Assembly (NCBI GenBank): GCA_902801255.1
Contig: CADCHO010000003.1
Coordinates: 20,188 to 84,187 of the forward strand
DNA: 64,000 nucleotides
Reading direction: 5' to 3'
Source: an uncultured Eubacteriales bacterium
GTDB taxonomy: Bacteria > Bacillota > Clostridia > Peptostreptococcales > Anaerovoracaceae
Position numbers and translations under genes: made by a program. Below the pieces are notes generated by a model, which did not search any database, had not been told where the DNA came from, and saw only the letters and a program-made list of their open reading frames with translations. Of this stretch, positions 29,546-38,013 are shown piece by piece; position 1 is the stretch's first letter, and every line of letters starts with the position of its first letter.

Positions 29546-31006
29546 TTATTGAGCTCCGTCCCGATGTATCACCGCAAAGAACGTTCTGAAGATGCAAAGA
29601 GCATCCAGATAAAGCGAACAGTTCTTAACGTAGTAGTATTCAAGTTCAAGTCTTTCTTTATAGCTTATATTGGATCTTCCGTTGCATCCCCACCAGCCTG
29701 TCACGCCCGGTCTGACCTTGTTGTAAAGAGTCAGCCCATTATGGGCTTCAAGCTCTCCTGCGACAAGAGGACGCGGTCCTACGACCGACATGTCTCCCTT
29801 TATAACATTTATGAACTGAGGAAATTCATCAAGCGATGTCTTTCTGAGGAACTTGCCGATGCCGGTGATCCTTGGGTCTTTATCAAACTTCTGGTTCTTT
29901 TCCCATTCTTCGCGATATTTCTCCTGCTTCAGCAGTTCTTTAAGGGCTTCATCTGCATTCGGAATCATCGATCTGTATTTGATCAGCTGAAAAGGTTTCC
30001 CATACTGGCCTATACGTCCATGCGTATAGAAGATTGGTGCTGTGTCGCCCGTGAGCAGATACGCTATCTTGATTATGACCGTCAGCGGTATAAGCACGAT
30101 CAGCCCTATAATGCCGAATATGATATCGAGGCCCCTCTTGATAATCAGATAGAATGCCTGGTTGCTGTCCATGGCATACGGGCCAACGGATATCGTATTA
30201 AAGCCTCCTACATTTGATATGAACTGGTCATCAGTCTTGATTCCTACGAGCGATTCGATATCAAGGTTGACGTTTACGCCATTATCAACTAACGCTTTAT
30301 AACTTGAGGCAGCGATCAGCCTCGGGTCTACCGAAACGAAAACGTCGTCTATATGATTATTCTCGACAAACTCAACGATCTTGCTCTTTTCAACTACAGG
30401 GATGCCGTTTATTTCTGTCTCATTGCATTCATCGCACGGAAAACAGAATCCGGCGATCCCGTATTCCCTGATCTCAGCCGAATCGATGCTTTCGGTAAAC
30501 TCCTCAAGACCTGAGTAATTTATAATTGCAAACAGCTGCCTTTCTCTGACATTGCTAAGTTTGATCTTTCCCGAAAGGATCAGCCTCTTCCTTACATACA
30601 GGAACAGTAAAGAAGTGATGTAGTAGAAGGCAAAAGTCAGTACAAGAGTAAGACGGGAATATACAGCTCCTATTTTCATCAAATAGAAGAAGATCGCTAC
30701 AAGAACAAAGCTATATAGTGTCAGCAGGAACAGCTTAACGGCATCCTGATAATACGGCCGTCGCAGTATTCCGCTGTAAGGATTGATGGCAAGGGTTATT
30801 GCTATATTGATGAGGCACAGTACGACCAGTACTGCCTGCCATGAAGAATTCAGGAGAAGGGATATATCACCAAAGCGTACCAGAAGAGCCAGCACAAATG
30901 AAATAACAAGCGCAAGCAAATTGAGCGCTATAAAATCCACGTGTTTTATCCAGCTGTATTTGTTTTGTACATGCATATTAGTTGGTACAATAAAGAATAG
31001 CGCCAT
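29546..31006 (-). CDS. Initiating polyprenyl-phosphate hexose-1-phosphate transferase (WbaP/EpsL-type 'bacterial sugar transferase')
   Basis: 486 aa. N-terminal TM block plus the C-terminal catalytic domain ..DEFPQFINVIKGDMSVVGPRP. No clear RBS at ATG 31006, so the exact start is uncertain. Confidence 0.85.
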   Translation of the reverse strand: MALFFIVPTNMHVQNKYSWIKHVDFIALNLLALVISFVLALLVRFGDISLLLNSSWQAVLVVLCLINIAITLAINPYSGILRRPYYQDAVKLFLLTLYSFVLVAIFFYLMKIGAVYSRLTLVLTFAFYYITSLLFLYVRKRLILSGKIKLSNVRERQLFAIINYSGLEEFTESIDSAEIREYGIAGFCFPCDECNETEINGIPVVEKSKIVEFVENNHIDDVFVSVDPRLIAASSYKALVDNGVNVNLDIESLVGIKTDDQFISNVGGFNTISVGPYAMDSNQAFYLIIKRGLDIIFGIIGLIVLIPLTVIIKIAYLLTGDTAPIFYTHGRIGQYGKPFQLIKYRSMIPNADEALKELLKQEKYREEWEKNQKFDKDPRITGIGKFLRKTSLDEFPQFINVIKGDMSVVGPRPLVAGELEAHNGLTLYNKVRPGVTGWWGCNGRSNISYKERLELEYYYVKNCSLYLDALCIFRTFFAVIHRDGAQ

Positions 31007-31116
31007 TCGTATTGCGTCCCGGCACTATTACTCCTTTCCCTGTTATTGGTTCTATTTTATAGAGATTTCGCGTATTATTCAAGAAATTCACTATATCTTC
31101 AATATATTTATATATA

Positions 31117-31154
31117 AACCCCTGCATCTTGTTTTTACAAATGTTGCAGGGGTT
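31117..31154 (-). terminator. Hairpin downstream of rmlA (weak intrinsic terminator candidate)
   Basis: AACCCCTGCA (31117-31126) pairs with TGCAGGGGTT (31145-31154). The trailing tract on the minus strand is AU-rich, not a clean U-run. Confidence 0.35.
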
Positions 31155-31191
31155 TTCTACATATCATTTATTGTGTTTTTAATTGCTCTTA

Positions 31192-32091
31192 CTAAAGTAC
31201 GACTTTGCCTTCGAGAACGGCTTTCAGACGCTCTCCGTACGGGCTCTTTCCGTAGCGTTTTACACTTTTTGCGAGCATTTCTTCGTCGATCCAGCCCATG
31301 TGGTATGCTATTTCCTCAGGTGAAGATATGGTCATGCCCTGGTACTGTTCTATCATGCTGACGAAGTCTGTCGCCTTCTGCAGGCTGTCAAAGGTGCCTG
31401 CATCCATCCATGTATAACCTCTTCCGAGAAGCTGGGCATTGAGCCTGCCCTCCTTCAGGTACATGTCGTTTAAAGTGGTGATCTCGAGCTCTCCGCGAGC
31501 TGACGGCGTCACTTTATCTGCCATGTCGCTCACGCCCTTAGGATAGAAGTAAAGTCCGACTATCGCATAATTGCTCTTCGGCTGTTTAGGCTTCTCTTCT
31601 ACTGAAATGACCTTGAGGTTACGGCCGTTCTCTTCTTTTTCGAACTCCATTATGCCGAAGCGCTTCGGATCCTCTACGTAATAGCCGAAGATCGTCGCTC
31701 TGCCTCTCTCAGCATCTTCGCGGGCATCTCTTAGTTTGTGGTTGAGACCGTTGCCGTAAAAGATATTGTCGCCGAGCACCATTGCACATGCATCATCGCC
31801 GATGAATTCACGGCCTATAGTGAACGCCTGAGCAAGTCCCTCCGGTTTCTCCTGAACAGCATAAGACAGTTCAATGCCAAACTTGGAGCCATCGCCCAGA
31901 AGCTGCTCGATCCTCGGTGTATCCTCAGGGGTGCTTATGATAAGGATCTCCCTGATTTTTGCCAGCATAAGGGTCGACAAAGGATAGAAAATCATCGGTT
32001 TGTCATATACCGGCAGCAGCTGCTTCGATGTTACTATCGTGAGCGGATAGAGTCTTGTGCCGGCTCCGCCGGCGAGGATAATGCCTTTCAT
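31192..32091 (-). CDS. rmlA: Glucose-1-phosphate thymidylyltransferase
   Basis: 299 aa. MKGIILAGGAGTRLYPLT..SKQLLPVYDKPMIFYPLS. Confidence 0.95.
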   Translation of the reverse strand: MKGIILAGGAGTRLYPLTIVTSKQLLPVYDKPMIFYPLSTLMLAKIREILIISTPEDTPRIEQLLGDGSKFGIELSYAVQEKPEGLAQAFTIGREFIGDDACAMVLGDNIFYGNGLNHKLRDAREDAERGRATIFGYYVEDPKRFGIMEFEKEENGRNLKVISVEEKPKQPKSNYAIVGLYFYPKGVSDMADKVTPSARGELEITTLNDMYLKEGRLNAQLLGRGYTWMDAGTFDSLQKATDFVSMIEQYQGMTISSPEEIAYHMGWIDEEMLAKSVKRYGKSPYGERLKAVLEGKVVL

Positions 32092-32133
32092 ATAGGGGTC
32101 TCACTTTCTTTAATTTGCATGGCTTTTTGCCAC

Positions 32134-32979
32134 TCACTCTGTATAAATGCTTCTCAGTTTCGCAAGCTTTTCGGCGTCCAGTCCGTAAGCTTCTTTCAGG
32201 AAGCTCTCGAGAGAACCGTACTTTATCTTTGCCGCGCTCACTGCATATCTCAGATCGCTCTCTTTTACTGCGCGCTTTCCTTTCTTATATGCCTTCTTCG
32301 CATATTTTTTCAGGAAGGAATTTGTCATCGCGTAATCCTGATAAGCAGTCTCCTCATCAACTCCAAGCGCGATCAGCGTCATAAAAGAGGCAACGCCCGT
32401 TCTGTCTTTTCCGTATGTGCAATGCATGAGCACTCCCCGGCCGGACTCGTTCGCGAGCAGCTGATCGAAATAGCTCCTGTACATGCCCTGGGAATAATCG
32501 CTCATAACAAGGCTGTAAGTATATGAGCGATTTGCTTTATTGAAGCTTTTAAGAGCGGCCTTGCGCAGCTTCTTTTTGCTCTTTTTTCTCAGCTTTTTAT
32601 ACCGCTTTTTCGGAGCCTTCTTTGACGGAGACCTATTGTATTTCACAGGTATGTTTTTATACTCGACTCCGCCTATGCGTTTATCCGGGCAGTATACAAA
32701 GTCCGGAGCATAGCGGAAGTCTATCACCTGCCCGAGGTTGTACTCCGTCTGGAGCCTGACCAGATCTGTCTGAGTGGCATATGCGAGCTCCCCGCTTCTT
32801 ATCAGCACTTTTCTTTTGACGGTCCTTCCGTCTACAGTACTGTATCCGCCCAGGTCTCTTGCATTCAATATCTTGTCGAAGCCGATCTCCTGCTCATCAA
32901 AACTGCCTGCCAGGACAACACTTGTCGCAGCAAGAACAGTCAGCAATAATAATGATATGATCCGTTTAAGTCTGTTCAT
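32134..32979 (-). CDS. Exported/anchored protein-tyrosine-phosphatase-like protein (CX5R, Y_phosphatase3-like)
   Basis: Start trimmed to ATG 32979 (MNRLKRIISLLLLTVLAATSV, GGAG RBS). HCTYGKDRTG active-site motif. Confidence 0.75.
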   Translation of the reverse strand: MNRLKRIISLLLLTVLAATSVVLAGSFDEQEIGFDKILNARDLGGYSTVDGRTVKRKVLIRSGELAYATQTDLVRLQTEYNLGQVIDFRYAPDFVYCPDKRIGGVEYKNIPVKYNRSPSKKAPKKRYKKLRKKSKKKLRKAALKSFNKANRSYTYSLVMSDYSQGMYRSYFDQLLANESGRGVLMHCTYGKDRTGVASFMTLIALGVDEETAYQDYAMTNSFLKKYAKKAYKKGKRAVKESDLRYAVSAAKIKYGSLESFLKEAYGLDAEKLAKLRSIYTE

Positions 32980-33048
32980 TTCTTTCTCCTGCTGATAGTT
33001 TTGCCAGTGCAGCCCCGGCATACAGTCATGAAATCAAGTTCTTCGTTA

Positions 33049-34914
33049 TCAGTTTCCTGCTGCCTGCGGAGCTTCATTCGGGAATACTTTCCAGTACTCC
33101 TCAAGTGAGATCACGCCGGTCTGTGGATCCGGAGTGATAGTGATTCCTTGATATGTGAATTTCTTCTTTACGATAGCTCCGTCACCGCCGGCATAGTAGT
33201 GGTTGCCCTTGTAAGTAACAAACTCATTTACTGCCAGAGGACCACCCTTCTTTACATAGTACTGATGGCTTCCGTATGTATATATGCCTGCCTTAGTTAT
33301 AACAGCACAGTTAGCGTTGGTCAGATACTGTTTGCCCTTCCAGGCGAAAGCGCCGGCCTTAAGAGATCCATCGTTCTGAGCCAGGTATTTCTTGCCCTTT
33401 GCAGTGAAGAATTTATTCCTGTAGAGCTTGCCGCCTTTACGCGAATAGTATCTTTTTCCGTTATACGAGAATGCTCCGGCTTTAGTTCTCAGCACACCCT
33501 TTGTACTTGCATAATAAAGGTTATTCTTCCATGTGAAAATGCCTTTAAAGAATGCTCCGTTGCTGCCGGCGATATACGTTTTACCCTTGTATTTTACCTT
33601 CTTGTTTGTGCTGATCTTGCCGCCTTTATTGACATAGTATTTATTACCTGCCCAGGAAACGACACCTTTCTTTGTGCGGATCACTCCATTAGCATCTCCG
33701 TAATAATAAGACTTACCCCACTTGTGGACTCCGACACCGATAGTACCGTCAGCCAGAGCATGATATGTTTTCGATCTGCTCTTGAACGATTTGTTGACCG
33801 CGAGTGCTCCTGATGAGTCGAGCACATAGTAAAGTGCGCCGCCTGCGTTTACAAAGCCAGGTGTGGTGCAGATAGAACCGTCTGCCAGAGCAACATACTT
33901 ATTGCCTGCGTAATCAACGACTCCCGGCGTAGTTCTTATAGCGCCGCCATTGCCGGTGATATACCTCTTTCCATCAGCTGTCGTTATGATCTGATTCGCT
34001 ACGGTGTACAGTGATCCATCAGAAAGAGTGTAGTACTTAGCCGTTCCCTTATAAGTAACAAAGATTGAAGGTGTCTTGTTTACATAACCTGAAGCATCGC
34101 GATACCATGCTGCTCCTGCATAACTAAAGATTGCTTCATCCACCTTCACCTGACCGGTCGAATCTACATAACGCCATCTGGTAACGCTTGGATCAAACAC
34201 TATGCTTTCTGCAGTCTGGATCTGGCCGCCCAGATTTACGAAGTATAGTTTACCTTCGTAAGTGAGCAGACCTGCATCTGTCCTTGCGAAGCCTTTGTCT
34301 CCTACGTAGAACTTCATGTCAGTTCCCCAGATACCACTGATAGCAACAATTGAGCAATCGTTGTTAACTGTGTCATTCAGAACAAGGTAAGAAAGAGTCT
34401 TTCCATATAGAGGATTACCTTCTACGATTTTGTTCCAGATGCCGTCAGTTGTTACATCATACTCGTATCTGTCTCCTGTTGATACAGTAACGATACGTGT
34501 TTCCGGATTAACGGTGCCATCAGATTCAGCATAGTAAAGTCCGTTTCCGGTCGTACCGTTTTTCTTAGGAGCTTTGAAAAGGCCCGTATAAGGAACTCCA
34601 TCACCATTTAAATACTTATTGCCTTCCCAGTGATCTGCAGCCCCCGCCGCTGCTGCTTCAGCCTTTACGACCTCCTGCTCTGCAGGTGCCAGCGCAGCCT
34701 CTTCAGGTGCTGTTTCCGGCGCTTCTTCCTGTACTGCTTCCGTTACCTCTTCAGCCTGTTCCTGAGCGACTGCTGCGTTTTCTGCATCATCGTTCAGTTC
34801 AGCTTCAGCTTCAACAGCATCTCCCGGATCAGCCGGTGCTTCAACGTCCGCGAAAACAGCAGCCGGGCTGAACACCATCAAAAGCGACAGTAAATAAATA
34901 ACATATTTCTTCAT
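33049..34914 (-). CDS. Secreted protein with an acidic linker and ~20 cell-wall/choline-binding-type repeats
   Basis: 621 aa. Signal peptide, then an E/A/P-rich tract, then reiterated G.(K/R)YY...dG....G motifs. Confidence 0.85.
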   Translation of the reverse strand: MKKYVIYLLSLLMVFSPAAVFADVEAPADPGDAVEAEAELNDDAENAAVAQEQAEEVTEAVQEEAPETAPEEAALAPAEQEVVKAEAAAAGAADHWEGNKYLNGDGVPYTGLFKAPKKNGTTGNGLYYAESDGTVNPETRIVTVSTGDRYEYDVTTDGIWNKIVEGNPLYGKTLSYLVLNDTVNNDCSIVAISGIWGTDMKFYVGDKGFARTDAGLLTYEGKLYFVNLGGQIQTAESIVFDPSVTRWRYVDSTGQVKVDEAIFSYAGAAWYRDASGYVNKTPSIFVTYKGTAKYYTLSDGSLYTVANQIITTADGKRYITGNGGAIRTTPGVVDYAGNKYVALADGSICTTPGFVNAGGALYYVLDSSGALAVNKSFKSRSKTYHALADGTIGVGVHKWGKSYYYGDANGVIRTKKGVVSWAGNKYYVNKGGKISTNKKVKYKGKTYIAGSNGAFFKGIFTWKNNLYYASTKGVLRTKAGAFSYNGKRYYSRKGGKLYRNKFFTAKGKKYLAQNDGSLKAGAFAWKGKQYLTNANCAVITKAGIYTYGSHQYYVKKGGPLAVNEFVTYKGNHYYAGGDGAIVKKKFTYQGITITPDPQTGVISLEEYWKVFPNEAPQAAGN

Positions 34915-35003
34915 ATATTCATCTCCTTCCCTTTGCTTGCCCGATTCGGCACATACAACCCCATATTAATTGAATTTTACCATATTCCATAAAAGGAAAA
35001 AAA

Positions 35004-35055
35004 GAAGAACCAATTAAAAGAACCGCCGCCGGTATGTCTATACCAGCTGGCGGTT
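35004..35055 (-). terminator. Intrinsic terminator after the DJ-1 gene
   Basis: A 15-bp stem with one bulge (35021-35035 / 35040-55). On the minus strand it is followed by CUUUUAAUUGGUUCUUCUUUUUUU. Confidence 0.75.
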
Positions 35056-35076
35056 TTTAGCGGTTAATTGCCGTAT

Positions 35077-35622
35077 TTAGTGCTTGTAGCAAATCGCCCT
35101 TTTGATCTGCCCTACGGTCTCTTCTCCAACCAATATCTTAACCAGCTCAAATGAGAAGTCGAACGATGCGCCGAGGCCCTGTCCTGTTGTGATCCTGCCA
35201 TCAGTCACAACACTTTCTCCGGTCAGTTTTGCACCGGCCATATGGCCCTCAAAGTCCGGATGGCAGGTCGCTCTTTTGCCGTCGAGCAGTCCAAGAGCAG
35301 CCAACAGCGACGGGGCTGCGCAAATAGCCGCCAGATGTTTTTGCGCGGCGAACTCTTTACACTTCTCTACAACCAAATCGTTTGCACCGAGGTTCTCGGT
35401 ACCGAGGCGTCCGCCCGGCAAAACGATCAGATCGACCGTGTCGTAATCGATATCAGCGGCCATCGCGTCGGCCATCACCTTGATGTGACGCGAGGAGTCT
35501 ATCTGCAGACCATCCATGGCCGAAGCCATGATCGTCTCAACTCCGGCCCTGCGCAGGATATCCACTGCGATCAGGCCTTCACATTCTTCAAATCCATCTG
35601 CCAGAAATACTATCGCTTTCAT
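35077..35622 (-). CDS. DJ-1/PfpI/ThiJ-family protein
   Basis: 181 aa. AAICAAP nucleophile elbow. Confidence 0.9.
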   Translation of the reverse strand: MKAIVFLADGFEECEGLIAVDILRRAGVETIMASAMDGLQIDSSRHIKVMADAMAADIDYDTVDLIVLPGGRLGTENLGANDLVVEKCKEFAAQKHLAAICAAPSLLAALGLLDGKRATCHPDFEGHMAGAKLTGESVVTDGRITTGQGLGASFDFSFELVKILVGEETVGQIKRAICYKH

Positions 35623-35702
35623 ACTATTCCCCTTACCTTTACTTTAATGATCTTTGTTACTGTATTTGCTTTATTGTATCACATGACCTGAGCGAGTTTG
35701 AC

Positions 35703-36065
35703 CTACTCGCAGCAATAGCCCATTCTATTGTCCATATAAATAATACTTTCAATATCCTCACGTATGCGGACTTCTGTTTCAGCCGCATTTTCTTTATCAT
35801 CGCCCGGAACCGAGATGTATATCTCAATTTTCGGCTCAGCAGAGGATGGTCTTATTTCCACGGACGGACCTCCTGCAAGGTGGTACTCTAAAGCATCTTT
35901 TTCAGGTGCAGTTTTCTGTTGCCCGTCCGCACCTTTGCTGTGATCCAGCACACTCTCGACTTTTATTCCGCCTATCGACTTAAAGCCGCAGCGGAACATT
36001 TTTATTACCAGCCGCATATCTGAAATGCTGCCGTCTTCGAACTGATAAATATACTTATTTTTCAT
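35703..36065 (-). pseudogene. Stand-alone C-terminal (domain IV) fragment of a phosphoglucomutase/phosphomannomutase
   Basis: 120 aa. ..VEIRPSSAEPKIEIYISV.. corresponds to the RPSGTEPKIK(F/I)Y loop of alpha-D-phosphohexomutases. The three N-terminal domains are absent. Confidence 0.55.
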
Positions 36066-36815
36066 TCAATCATGCCTCGTATCGTCACCGTAGCACTCAC
36101 AGAATCTTGCAGCAAATGACGGCTCCTCATCATGCTCGTACAGATGTGAAATATCTCCGAACGAAAGCATTCTCAGCGAAGCTATGCCCTCGCGCCGCTC
36201 CTCGGTCACTATCGTAGTAACCGACGAAGGCTGCGCACAGAAGCCATGCCAGACAGGCATAGGCGATACACCCCAGATATGGCTCAGCAGCACACTTTCA
36301 ACGCCAAAGTGGCAGAACAGCACGATGACGTCGTGATTGGGCCTCTCCACACGGTAAAGGCTCTCTTCGCGACGGTATCCGTGCCTTGCAATCAATGCGT
36401 CAAACTGATCTGCGACCTTGCGGTACTCATCACCCACGTTTCCCGCTGCCATTCGTTCGTTCTCAAACCAATGGTTCGCCAGAAACAGACGTGAATCCTG
36501 CACCCAGTCCTCCGGCACCCAGTCCCAAGGAATGCGCTTTCTGGTCAGATCGTCAGGTCTGTCAATAAACACGTCAAATTCCCTGAGCCACGGAAGCACT
36601 TCAGCCGTGCAGCCCAGCTTGCGGAGTGTAGGCGATGCAGTGTCCTGAGCCCTGCCGTAAGGTGACATGTAAAAATGCACCTCGCCGTGCTCAGTCTTAT
36701 CCTTCAGCTGTTTTACGAGCATCTCCGAAAGGTATTCCGCCTCGCGCCAGCCCTTTTCCGTAAGCGAATCAATCGAATAATCCGGCTCCCCATGTCTGAT
36801 AATCAGAATCTTCAT
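36066..36815 (-). CDS. Histidine phosphatase (phosphoglycerate-mutase superfamily) protein
   Basis: 249 aa. MKILIIRHGEPDYS (RHG motif). Confidence 0.85.
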   Translation of the reverse strand: MKILIIRHGEPDYSIDSLTEKGWREAEYLSEMLVKQLKDKTEHGEVHFYMSPYGRAQDTASPTLRKLGCTAEVLPWLREFDVFIDRPDDLTRKRIPWDWVPEDWVQDSRLFLANHWFENERMAAGNVGDEYRKVADQFDALIARHGYRREESLYRVERPNHDVIVLFCHFGVESVLLSHIWGVSPMPVWHGFCAQPSSVTTIVTEERREGIASLRMLSFGDISHLYEHDEEPSFAARFCECYGDDTRHD

Positions 36816-37600
36816 TACTTAACCTTTATCTTGACCGTTACAGTCTGCACTGCGGATGGATCATGAGCTGCATCCCCATTTGCCAGGACCGCCACTTTCA
36901 TCTTATAGGTGCCCTTCTTTAATTTCTTCTTCACCATGACCTTACCGGTCGAAGCGTCGATTCTGAAATACTTCTTAAAGGACTTCTTCCCCTTCTTGAC
37001 CGAAACCAGAGAGTATGTCTTCACGCCCTGCCCTTCATTTGCAAATGCGAAGGCCATGGCAGCATCCAGATACTGGTTCTTTTTCTTCAGCTTTTTATAC
37101 TTAACTGTCGCAGTCTTGCCTGCGACAGCAAGCGTGTTTGCGACTTTTGGGGCTGCAGGCTTTTCGACGACATCAATAGCCGGCGTAAAAAACAAATCAC
37201 CTCCGGTGCCTCCAATAGCGATACATATGTTGACAAAATATCCGACACTCGCTATATCTGCTGTTACATCAAGACTTGCTATACCTGTGCTGCTATCATA
37301 GGAAAATGGGACCATAATATTCGTTGGGGCGTAAGTGCTCAGATAAACATCTACCGTACCGTCACCGTAATTAAAAAACGATTCCAGCATTTGTTCATAG
37401 GCAGTGAAGGTGTCCTCCACATTTAAATAAATTGTAGAACCACTTTCTATCTTTCCGTCCTTTAATCCATTGACGTGCTCCGTAAAATCCAAATTTGTCT
37501 GGCCTGCGTATGCTTCCTGCGTCATCATTGGCATCATTGCAATCACCATCAGAACAGCTAAAAGCATCGCTATCACATTATTTTTCTTTTTCACGGCCAT
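36815..37600 (-). CDS. Exported protein with a Lys-rich beta-type C-terminal module
   Basis: Start trimmed to ATG 37600 (MAVKKKNNVIAMLLAVLMVIAMMP..AYA) with a GGAGGGGG RBS. 1-nt overlap with the downstream start. Confidence 0.7.
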   Translation of the reverse strand: MAVKKKNNVIAMLLAVLMVIAMMPMMTQEAYAGQTNLDFTEHVNGLKDGKIESGSTIYLNVEDTFTAYEQMLESFFNYGDGTVDVYLSTYAPTNIMVPFSYDSSTGIASLDVTADIASVGYFVNICIAIGGTGGDLFFTPAIDVVEKPAAPKVANTLAVAGKTATVKYKKLKKKNQYLDAAMAFAFANEGQGVKTYSLVSVKKGKKSFKKYFRIDASTGKVMVKKKLKKGTYKMKVAVLANGDAAHDPSAVQTVTVKIKVK

Positions 37601-37750
37601 ATCCCCCTCCTTTCCCGTTTCTCCATCTTCTTTTATATTTGAAATTGTATCAGAAGAGTCCGGATCCTGCGACAAAATAGGACTTTTTGACATGAAAAAG
37701 TGCCGGCGAGAACATTCCCACCGACACCTGATTCGAATTCTTCTAACCGA

Positions 37751-37933
37751 TTATTTTGTAAGTCCTTCTGCGACCTCAATTCCCTTTGTGAAAATGTCCC
37801 AGAAATCAATTGGTAATTTAACCGGAATATGCATCGTAAGGTTTCCCGGAATAGGCAGGCCATACTTGTTCATATATGCAACTGTTCCGGCTACTCCGCC
37901 GATGATAGCTGTGCAAGTAAGAAGTTTCTTCAT
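37751..37933 (-). CDS. Small (60 aa) hypothetical protein with a hydrophobic N-terminus
   Basis: ATG 37933 is preceded by GGAGGGAG at ~8 nt. MKKLLTCTAIIGGVAGTVAYM... Confidence 0.5.
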   Translation of the reverse strand: MKKLLTCTAIIGGVAGTVAYMNKYGLPIPGNLTMHIPVKLPIDFWDIFTKGIEVAEGLTK

Positions 37934-38013
37934 TTCTAAATCTCCCTCCATTCAGAACACTAAAGACGCTGTGATAGTTTCTTTATACCACTCATCACAG
38001 AAGAATACAACTG

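Noticed and set aside
31007-31191. Invertible (phase-variable) promoter upstream of the glycan locus; I also looked at 55079-55366.
   Set aside because: I found no long inverted repeats bracketing a promoter-sized segment, only one hairpin (31117-31154) that looks like the rmlA terminator. The only recombinase in the window belongs to the mobile element 11 kb away.
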